A stretch of DNA of 64,000 bases, taken from positions 45,387 to 109,386 of the forward strand of contig CAZTAM010000008.1 in NCBI GenBank assembly GCA_964611625.1. The letters run 5' to 3'. Source of the DNA: an uncultured Nitrospiraceae bacterium. Lineage in GTDB: Bacteria; Nitrospirota; 9FT-COMBO-42-15; HDB-SIOI813. Below the pieces are notes generated by a model, which was given only the letters and a program-made list of their open reading frames with translations, was not told the origin of the DNA and searched no databases. Below are positions 18,618-26,435 of this stretch, piece by piece. Position 1 is the first letter of the stretch, and each line of letters opens with the position of its first letter. Both the position numbers and the translations under genes were made by a program.

Positions 18618-19298
18618 TTAATTTTCCGAGATTAATGAAATAAATTTGTCAAGTTTCCTTCTTACCTCTGGATCCATTTCTTCAAACATTACACCGAACC
18701 TAATACTATCATCCAATAGACTCACGTGCATGATTGTGCCGTTGACGCCAAGATTCTCTTCCATTCCAGGAAGCTGAATGATCAAATCTATCTTCGAATT
18801 CATTTCAAACGACTTAAACAGCTGTTCTTTATTATTGACTCCGGATGTTTTGACTGCACATCCACACCCATTTTTGCTAATATCCATAATTATCAGCATG
18901 ACTGTATCCGAACCTGTTTTTATCTCTCCGGGTAAAATGCAATTATATCGTGGATTGCTGCGGACATTATACTCTTCGATTTTGTCGGGGTAAGCAAAGA
19001 AAATTAATTTTACTGGGTTGTAGATCATGTTTAGGACTTCAGTCTTAAACCCATAGATATAACCATCGCATAGGTATCTTATGATTACAGGACTATTTTT
19101 GACGGTTTCATCAAGATAGCTGCCTGCAACAGTATTAAGAGAAGTTGCGTCGACTAGTATGTACTTGAAGTCTTCCATTCCTACCACATGGCTTTTAAGA
19201 CGAATTTTCAAGTCTACGATCTCGATCATAAATTCGGTGCCTATCCGCATCTGCAGAGGTAGATAAGGTTTAGATGAATGTATATTAGCTTTTTCCAT
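18618..19298 (-). CDS. PilZ-domain c-di-GMP receptor (YcgR-like N-terminal domain + PilZ)
   Basis: RxxxR (RSNPR) and DxSxxG (DISKNG) motifs at PilZ spacing. It starts 2 nt after the HD-GYP stop. Confidence 0.7.
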   Translation of the reverse strand: MEKANIHSSKPYLPLQMRIGTEFMIEIVDLKIRLKSHVVGMEDFKYILVDATSLNTVAGSYLDETVKNSPVIIRYLCDGYIYGFKTEVLNMIYNPVKLIFFAYPDKIEEYNVRSNPRYNCILPGEIKTGSDTVMLIIMDISKNGCGCAVKTSGVNNKEQLFKSFEMNSKIDLIIQLPGMEENLGVNGTIMHVSLLDDSIRFGVMFEEMDPEVRRKLDKFISLISEN

Positions 19299-19300
19299 AT

Positions 19301-20551
19301 CTATAATGTTACTTGAGACAGAACTTGATTTATGTCCACTTCAAACTCAGCATAGTCTAATGCCTCTTCGATAACATAGGTGTAATTTCCATTTCTATCT
19401 ATTTCATTAGATAAATCGATTACAGCCGGCGATATTTTTTTATTTCCCTGGAATAGAATAAGCACAGTCGGCCTGAGGAGTTTACGGTTATTTCTTGAGA
19501 CTACAACACCGTAATAATTTCTGTTTAACTTAACAAATGTACCGTATGGGTAAATCCCAATGCACTGGATAAATTTTTCTATAAGCATCCTGTCAAACAA
19601 GCTGTCAGCCCACTCATACAGTTTCTTTATAATCAGGTGAGGTTTGACTGCCTTGCGATATATTCTATCACTGGTCATTGCATCATACACATCAGCTATA
19701 CTTGCGATTTGAGCTGCAAGGCTGATTTTCTCCTTAGATAATTTTTGATTATATCCTGTTCCATTAAAACGTTCATGGTGCTGCAGCGCCATTAGTATTG
19801 CCTCATCCGGGATATCCTTATATTGTTCAAGAATCTCTGCACCGAATATTACATGACGTTTCATTATATTGTATTCTTTCTCAGTATATATCCCAGGCTT
19901 GTTTAAAACAGAGACAGGAATCTTAGTCTTTCCGATATCATGCAACAATCCACCCAGAGCAGCAGACTCTAAACATTCCCTGGACAATCCAAGATGACGA
20001 CCAAGAGAGGCAACAATAATACTTACATTGACAGAATGCACAAATGTATATTCATCATGATTTTTCAGGTTCGATAGAGACCATAATGCATCTCTATTTC
20101 TAAATATACTCTCTACAATATCAACTACTTTCTGTCTTATTGCCGGCATCTCTATACTTTTTCCCATTCTGACATCCTCAAATACATGTTTTATAGTTCT
20201 TATTACCTCAGACTTAATTTTTCTGGCTTTAGGCAGCTCCTCTTTCAACTCGACAGGGTCAGAATCCTGAATAGCAGAGTTTGTAGATTTAAATTCCACC
20301 GTCTCTTCTATGTTACATTTTCTATCTTGTTCACCTGCGATAGACTCACTCTTAATATAAGCTTCTTCGTCTGAAAATATGGTCACTTCTTTAATTCCAT
20401 GCTCTATTAGTTTATCAATCTGCTCTTGATTATTTATTTTCTTATTATGAAATAAAAAAGGCGTGTCCCACCAGGAACGGTCAAGTCCATTTACATACAT
20501 TCCAACTCTAAGGTTATGGATTGAAATCTTCCTCACTGGCCTTTTTGTCAT
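19301..20551 (-). CDS. HD-GYP domain protein (c-di-GMP phosphodiesterase family) with an N-terminal DUF3391-like region
   Basis: LHDIGK and HHERFNGTGYNQ. The latter is an HHExxDGxGYP variant with D>N and P>N. Confidence 0.8.
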   Translation of the reverse strand: MTKRPVRKISIHNLRVGMYVNGLDRSWWDTPFLFHNKKINNQEQIDKLIEHGIKEVTIFSDEEAYIKSESIAGEQDRKCNIEETVEFKSTNSAIQDSDPVELKEELPKARKIKSEVIRTIKHVFEDVRMGKSIEMPAIRQKVVDIVESIFRNRDALWSLSNLKNHDEYTFVHSVNVSIIVASLGRHLGLSRECLESAALGGLLHDIGKTKIPVSVLNKPGIYTEKEYNIMKRHVIFGAEILEQYKDIPDEAILMALQHHERFNGTGYNQKLSKEKISLAAQIASIADVYDAMTSDRIYRKAVKPHLIIKKLYEWADSLFDRMLIEKFIQCIGIYPYGTFVKLNRNYYGVVVSRNNRKLLRPTVLILFQGNKKISPAVIDLSNEIDRNGNYTYVIEEALDYAEFEVDINQVLSQVTL

Positions 20552-20962
20552 AACTGATGTTCCTTACTTCTGCTCTTTGTTAAGCCTGTTTATCAAGTGC
20601 ATACCTACTCTCTTTCTTAACCCCGTCTCTATTAACAAGGAGAATAGATTAAAGGCTCTTATTCTGCCTCTTGCTAACCCCTATTAGCCTGCTTTCTGCC
20701 TGATAAGTAGTTATTGTCGGGACATGTTTGGTAAACATTAAATTCAGATTCCTCCTTAACTCATTAACCTTTTCTGCTTATGTCGCTGTACATAGACCGT
20801 TGATACTCCTTTCCTGTCGATGCAACATATTTTCTGAAGCAATAAAAACTATGACATACTTAGGAGTTAACACAGATCCCAATGCAAAATTCGGCAGGCT
20901 CATAGCGAGACGAATAATAAATGTCGCGGTATCAAGTCTATATATCATTTATGCACTTCATA

Positions 20963-20978
20963 TGGCACACAAATTGCG
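20963..20978 (+). promoter_or_regulatory. Sigma54 promoter TGGCACACAAATTGCG
   Basis: Near-perfect TGGCAC-N5-TTGC, about 60 nt upstream of the PEP-CTERM protein start. Confidence 0.65.
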
Positions 20979-21038
20979 AAATATGTACATTATATATAGC
21001 TTTTTTATTGTAATCTTTCTCGCGAAGGGATGTGCTGC

Positions 21039-21824
21039 ATGAAAATGTCAAAATTTATTGATTCACTTATCAGTATTTCGATTGCCATGATACTTATGCT
21101 GGGTGTTGCTGTTAATGCCAGCGCCGTGAGCATCTCTCTTCACCCGGCAAGCTCCGGAGTTACTCTGGTTGATGCGGTCGTAAATGATACAACGAAATCG
21201 ATTGACATCTATGAAACCTGGAACGGGAACGGTTATGGATACCTCATTTTCAGCGACCTCGTTGACTTAATGAACTATACTGTAACAAAACACATTACGA
21301 ACGCAACGGATACCGCATGGACCAGTTTTTCCATTGAATTGCTCGACAGGTATATCGCCGGAGCCGGTTTGGAGGACTCTTTTTTCGATCCCCGGCCATA
21401 TCCAGGCTGGGTCCCTGATAACCCGGATTTAGTCAATTGTTCAGAAACAGCCCCTTGTTACTCAACATCAAATAATCACGATGGTCTTAGTTTTGCTCAG
21501 GCGTCAGCCATACCCAGGTTCTCATCGGTATTTACAGACCTGATTGTGGATGAGATATCTGACGAGCGTGATTTCCTTGACTTCTATAATGCTACAGTCC
21601 TGGCAAACAACGGGTACGTAGAGATCTCCTTTGGCTTAAGAGTGAATTCCCTTAATGGCGAGCAGCAGCCATTTCTGATGTCTCAGCGTCCTAACGAGTT
21701 CGCAACTGCAGTTCCCGAACCAGAGACACTGATCCTGATGGTGGCAGGCATCTTCATGCTGGGTGTAATGAGAGTTCGGGCACGGACTACTGCAAGTGCC
21801 AGGGTGCGTCCACATAAACATTAA
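21039..21824 (+). CDS. PEP-CTERM sorting-domain secreted protein
   Basis: Signal peptide (MKMSKFIDSLISISIAMILMLGVAVNASA). C-terminal VPEPETLILMVAGIFMLGVMRVRAR gives PEP, a TM segment and a basic cluster. The ORF-track start at 21030 is also possible. Confidence 0.75.
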   Translation: MKMSKFIDSLISISIAMILMLGVAVNASAVSISLHPASSGVTLVDAVVNDTTKSIDIYETWNGNGYGYLIFSDLVDLMNYTVTKHITNATDTAWTSFSIELLDRYIAGAGLEDSFFDPRPYPGWVPDNPDLVNCSETAPCYSTSNNHDGLSFAQASAIPRFSSVFTDLIVDEISDERDFLDFYNATVLANNGYVEISFGLRVNSLNGEQQPFLMSQRPNEFATAVPEPETLILMVAGIFMLGVMRVRARTTASARVRPHKH

Positions 21825-22094
21825 GCATTACTGATGTAACATACATTGATTACCAGGAGAAAAGTCAGCTTGCGATTTGAACCTGATGTGTTCTGGATTA
21901 GAATGAAACTATTTTATACAGTGGTGGGTAATTAAGTAACGTGTAGTAATATGTTTATAGCGTGGCAGCAGCCTTTCTTGTTCATCCTTAAGGTAACAAA
22001 CTTTTCGTACATGTTGATTCAGCCATTTTCTGATTAATCATCCCATACACTTTCTCTTGACGATACGACATATATTCTGAAATAATAGAGTGCG

Positions 22095-22814
22095 ATGACA
22101 CGCTTGGGAGTTAACATAGATCACGTTGCCACGCTCAGGCAGGCACGCGGCGGGCGGGAACCTGAACCTATATCTGCAGCAATACTCGTCGAATCTGCGG
22201 GAGCTGACGGGATTGTGGTTCATCTCCGGGAAGACAGGCGCCATATACAGGACAGGGACCTTATATTACTTCGGCAGATCATAACAACATGTCTCAACCT
22301 TGAGATGGCGCCTGCAGCAGAGATCATTGATATCGCCATAAAAGTCAAGCCTGACATAGTCACACTTGTCCCTGAACGGAGGGCTGAACTTACAACAGAG
22401 GGCGGTCTTGATGTGATAAGAAATGTTAATAACCTCAAAAGAGTATTGGCAAAACTCCACAGGAATAACATAGACGTCTCAATCTTCATTGACCCCGATA
22501 CCAGGCAGATCGAAACTGCGCGCAGCATTGGTGCAAAGATAATCGAGATTCATACCGGGCGTTACGCAAATGCCGTTTCACCGGATGACGAAGAAACAGA
22601 ACTTTCAGAAATATTAAATTCTGTCCTCTTTGCAAGAGAAATAGGCCTCAAGGTCTCAGCAGGACATGGACTAAACTACCGGAACGTAAAAGGTGTTGCT
22701 GCAATAAGAGAGATCGCGGAATTAAACATAGGTCACAGCATCATATCAAGGGCAGTCGCGGTTGGACTGGAAAATGCTGTCCGGGAGATGAAGAAACTTA
22801 TAGATACGGCATAG
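22095..22814 (+). CDS. pdxJ: Pyridoxine 5'-phosphate synthase
   Basis: MTRLGVNIDHVATLRQARG... and HLREDRRHI are canonical PdxJ motifs. Confidence 0.95.
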   Translation: MTRLGVNIDHVATLRQARGGREPEPISAAILVESAGADGIVVHLREDRRHIQDRDLILLRQIITTCLNLEMAPAAEIIDIAIKVKPDIVTLVPERRAELTTEGGLDVIRNVNNLKRVLAKLHRNNIDVSIFIDPDTRQIETARSIGAKIIEIHTGRYANAVSPDDEETELSEILNSVLFAREIGLKVSAGHGLNYRNVKGVAAIREIAELNIGHSIISRAVAVGLENAVREMKKLIDTA

Positions 22815-22852
22815 GACGTTTTTGAGCCGGAAAGAAAGGACTGTGTAACTCA

Positions 22853-23368
22853 ATGACACAAAACAAGATAGTCATGCTGCACAACAAGAAAATAGCCCTG
22901 GTCGCCCATGACAACAAGAAACGTGACCTTTTGGAATGGGCCAAGTTCAACCGTGATCTGCTGGCCCACCATGAAGTGTTTGCCACGGGCACAACCGGCG
23001 CAACCCTCGAAAAAGAACTTGGTTTCAAGATTAACCGGCTTCAAAGCGGACCGCTGGGTGGAGATCAACAGATCGGCGCCAAGATCGTCACGAACGAGAT
23101 CGACTTTCTGATCTTCTTCTGGGACCCTCTCGAACCAATGCCGCATGACCCGGATGTCAAGGCATTGCTGCGTATGGCCGTCGTGTGGAATATACCGATT
23201 GCCTGCAACCGGACATCAGCTGATTTCATGATATCGTCTCCTCTTATGGAAGGTGAATACCATCGGCTGGTACCTGAATATGATGAGTATCGCACTCGAA
23301 GGATCGACTGGGGTAAAAAGGGTTCTCCTGTATCAGCAAAAAGCGAGACTGATGGACAAACAGATTGA
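22853..23368 (+). CDS. mgsA: Methylglyoxal synthase
   Basis: IALVAHDNKK, ATGTTG and GPLGGDQQIGA, with about 20 extra C-terminal residues. Confidence 0.9.
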   Translation: MTQNKIVMLHNKKIALVAHDNKKRDLLEWAKFNRDLLAHHEVFATGTTGATLEKELGFKINRLQSGPLGGDQQIGAKIVTNEIDFLIFFWDPLEPMPHDPDVKALLRMAVVWNIPIACNRTSADFMISSPLMEGEYHRLVPEYDEYRTRRIDWGKKGSPVSAKSETDGQTD

Positions 23369-23372
23369 AATA

Positions 23373-25271
23373 TCAGGAGGTTATGTTCAGAGAAACAAAG
23401 AATCTCCTGCCAATTTCATCTCCAAGGGGATGTTCGCGGTGCACATCATCAAATAAATTGGATGCAGACAGGGCCATCTCAAGCCTCTCTTTCCAAAGCC
23501 GATAGCTGATACTCAGATTAACTATTGTATAGGAAACAGTGTCCTTATAAAGTTGTCGTCTGCTGGTTATTGTGGATGAATACGAGACATCAGATACATA
23601 ATGAAATGACAGATCTGTAGAAAGCCCCCTCACAATGCCTATATTTAAACCGCCATTGACCTTATGTCTCGGAACAGATGATCTGTCTGCGGTTCGAACA
23701 TCCGTAGTCATGTCATTAAACTGCTGATAGGAATAATTAATAAAGGTCTTCATCCTTGCAGAAATTAACATATCCGCATGAATTTCACCACCATAGGTTT
23801 CAGTATCGTATCTGTTCTTGTAATCAATATACTCACTTATCAGATCTGACAATTGATTATAGAACAGATTAACCTCTGTCTTTAATCGTCGAAAGGCAAA
23901 CACTGAATAGCCGGCCTCATATGTGACAATTTTTTCATGATCAAGCTCAGTATTGCCTCCATTGATTGAGAATAACTCCATTGGAGTGGGCGCCCTATAT
24001 GCCAGACCGGATGACAGTCTGAAGGTATGATCAAGTGCCGGATGATAAAGAAAGACTAACCTGGGGCTTAAATTCCAATTCGTGAATGTATGGTAATCAT
24101 ATCTTGCCCCAAATATGACCTCGACAGTCTTTACCGGTTTCCATTCATCCTGAAAGTAAAAACCAACCATATACAGGGGCCTGACTTCATCAGGGTTAAG
24201 CAGAGACCCTTTTGAATCATTATATCGGTAATTAATACCGCTGACAGTTTTATGAGATCGCCCAATATTAGAGTAATAGCTCCACTCAAGGTTATACAAA
24301 TCAGAGCTGACTCGAATATCTCTTATCAGGGGCGGCTTGTCGACTGCTGCTTCTGTGTACTTCATCTCAATCTCGTTTCTGTTCCAGTAACCACGCCAGA
24401 CGGTCTGCATACCCTGATAATCGAACTGAACATAATCGTTGTCCAGTTTTGAATCAGCCCATCCATCACCAAAAAAAGGACCATCATAACGGGGAGTATC
24501 ACTAAAACCTCCGGACAGGCTCAATCTCCTGTTATTGGGAAGTCGGTACTGAAGCACGGCATTACCCCTGAAAACCTCAAGTCCAGGTTCCGGGATATTA
24601 ACCAGCAGGGCAGCTTCATCCCGGCCATCAAATGTATCAGACCTGTGATAACCAATTGATAATTTATACTCCATTCCTCCGGCCCGGGAAGAATGAACAA
24701 TACTTCCCATTGACATACTCTCCTCTCCGGCTGTTGCAGATACAGAAACTCCCGGGGTATCTTCCGGTTTCCTTGTTATAATATTCACGACTCCATTAAA
24801 TGCATTTGCGCCCCATATGGATGAGCCTGGCCCCCTTATAACCTCGATTTGTTCAATTTCCTCCAATACTATGGGAAACGCCGTCCAAAACGTGTGATTC
24901 TGAAAATCTTCGTGAACTGATCTGCCATCTATCATGACAAGAAGTTTGTTTGAGTTGAGTTTGTTCTCTCCGCGAATACCAGTGTTAAACTCTGCAACGC
25001 TGGTCTGCATGACTTCTATTCCGGGTACTCTCCGCAGGATTTCGGGTATAGAGGCAGCTCGGGACTCTCTGATATCTTCTGATGTAATTACAGTAATTGT
25101 AGAGGGAGACTGGCTGACAGGCTGAAGGTATTTTGATGCTGAAATAACCATCTCCTCTTCTGCAAAGATGGCAAAGATGTACTCCATCGCATCTCCGGCT
25201 TCTTCAGCAATGACATTAGCCGGTAAGATAAGACTGATTAGAATAATAATATAATATGATTTCCACATCAT
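23373..25271 (-). CDS. TonB-dependent outer-membrane receptor (plug + beta-barrel)
   Basis: Signal peptide, plug motifs (ITVITSEDI..IPEILRRVPGIEV..IRGEN..LLVMIDGRSV), and a barrel rich in alternating aromatic residues. Confidence 0.85.
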   Translation of the reverse strand: MMWKSYYIIILISLILPANVIAEEAGDAMEYIFAIFAEEEMVISASKYLQPVSQSPSTITVITSEDIRESRAASIPEILRRVPGIEVMQTSVAEFNTGIRGENKLNSNKLLVMIDGRSVHEDFQNHTFWTAFPIVLEEIEQIEVIRGPGSSIWGANAFNGVVNIITRKPEDTPGVSVSATAGEESMSMGSIVHSSRAGGMEYKLSIGYHRSDTFDGRDEAALLVNIPEPGLEVFRGNAVLQYRLPNNRRLSLSGGFSDTPRYDGPFFGDGWADSKLDNDYVQFDYQGMQTVWRGYWNRNEIEMKYTEAAVDKPPLIRDIRVSSDLYNLEWSYYSNIGRSHKTVSGINYRYNDSKGSLLNPDEVRPLYMVGFYFQDEWKPVKTVEVIFGARYDYHTFTNWNLSPRLVFLYHPALDHTFRLSSGLAYRAPTPMELFSINGGNTELDHEKIVTYEAGYSVFAFRRLKTEVNLFYNQLSDLISEYIDYKNRYDTETYGGEIHADMLISARMKTFINYSYQQFNDMTTDVRTADRSSVPRHKVNGGLNIGIVRGLSTDLSFHYVSDVSYSSTITSRRQLYKDTVSYTIVNLSISYRLWKERLEMALSASNLFDDVHREHPLGDEIGRRFFVSLNITS

Positions 25272-25345
25272 ACTGAATTTCCTTTCAGCAGATCATATTA
25301 TCAAAGTGTATCCTTACGCAAGCTAATTTTGGCTGATAACCCTGC

Positions 25346-26242
25346 TTATTTATAAAGTATTACTTCAGTATCAATATCTACAGATTCAATATTCAATTTT
25401 AGCCCCAGTTTTTTTGCCATCTTTTGATTAATAATCAATCTGATCTTATTTGCCGGCTGTATAAAAAGTCTCCCGGGACTCTTTCCACCCAGGAAACTAA
25501 GGACAAGATGACCTGCCTGTTCTCCAATGGCAGCATAATCTGGTGAAATGGCCACAAGTGCGCCTTTCTTTAACAGGTCTTCAGAAAATGTGATGACCGG
25601 AATACCTTCTTCTAAAGTGTTCGATAATATATAGTCAATAGAGTCTGGTGTAACAATCGTACTGTCTGGAATTATCCATAACAGATCGCTCTTTTGCAGA
25701 ATGGATCTCATTGCACTCGGCAGCCCCCTTTCCGAACTGACCTTCTGCGGTATCAGGGAAATTCCCAATATCTTCCCGAATTTCTCAGCCTCCTTAATGG
25801 TTTCTCGGCTTTTTAGCGGATCATATGGGACACCCATTATACGTGAATCTGGCAGGAGATTTCTGATTTGAGACAGCGTCTCATTCACAGAGACATTCAG
25901 GACTACACCTGTTATATTATCTCCAGTCAATGAGAAACGTTCCGGCCCAACTACTGCACAGAAGATTATCGGGATCTTCCTGAAATTTTCTTTTGCCACT
26001 GCAGCTGCCAGCAGACCAATGGCAACGATCAGATCTGGTGGCTCTTCCCTGATCTTCCTGATAATATTCTTAGATTCCGTGATACTACCTTGAAGATCAT
26101 AGCGTCTGATTTCTCCTTTGTAGATATTTATGAATCCTTCATAGGCCTGTTCATAAACAGGCAGGTCCTGGCTTGTTATGACACTTATCCCAACGGCAAA
26201 TGACGTGGAGGGGGCCGACAGACGCACGAGACTGATGATCAA
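25346..26242 (-). CDS. Periplasmic substrate-binding protein, ABC_sub_bind family, paralog of 9873-10856
   Basis: Collinear with the first copy (PDLIVAIGLLAAAVAK..NITGV..DLLWIIPDSTIV..IPVITF). By eye roughly 40 percent identical. The true start is probably upstream at CTG 26269 (see findings). Confidence 0.75.
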   Translation of the reverse strand: MIISLVRLSAPSTSFAVGISVITSQDLPVYEQAYEGFINIYKGEIRRYDLQGSITESKNIIRKIREEPPDLIVAIGLLAAAVAKENFRKIPIIFCAVVGPERFSLTGDNITGVVLNVSVNETLSQIRNLLPDSRIMGVPYDPLKSRETIKEAEKFGKILGISLIPQKVSSERGLPSAMRSILQKSDLLWIIPDSTIVTPDSIDYILSNTLEEGIPVITFSEDLLKKGALVAISPDYAAIGEQAGHLVLSFLGGKSPGRLFIQPANKIRLIINQKMAKKLGLKLNIESVDIDTEVILYK

Positions 26243-26302
26243 TATAAAGATATAAAAGGAGGTCTTCAGGATTAATCCTCAAACAATTCGAGGATTAAAT
26301 AT

Positions 26303-26318
26303 TGCAACTCACATGCCT
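26303..26318 (-). promoter_or_regulatory. Sigma54 promoter (minus strand AGGCATGTGAGTTGCA)
   Basis: GG-N10-GC spacing and a TTGCA -12 element, 35-60 nt upstream of the binding-protein start. Confidence 0.55.
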
Positions 26319-26435
26319 CATTTAGTGCATCGATTTTAATGTCTAACTATTTGAATTACAAGGAATTTGATTATGACACTTCATGACAGATGCGTTTAAT
26401 TAGATACTGATGGTTATCAGAACAGATACAGTAAA

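Noticed and set aside
20728-21042. 104-aa plus-strand ORF filling the long intergenic region before the PEP-CTERM gene.
   Set aside because: It has no SD, a composition unlike the neighbouring genes, and it runs through the sigma54 promoter into the next gene's start. It is most likely noncoding.
21963-21977. TGGCAGCAGCCTTTC, a sigma54-like element upstream of pdxJ.
   Set aside because: The -12 position reads TTTC, so it lacks the essential GC. pdxJ is a housekeeping gene with a plausible sigma70-like element (TTGACG ... AATAAT) closer to its start.
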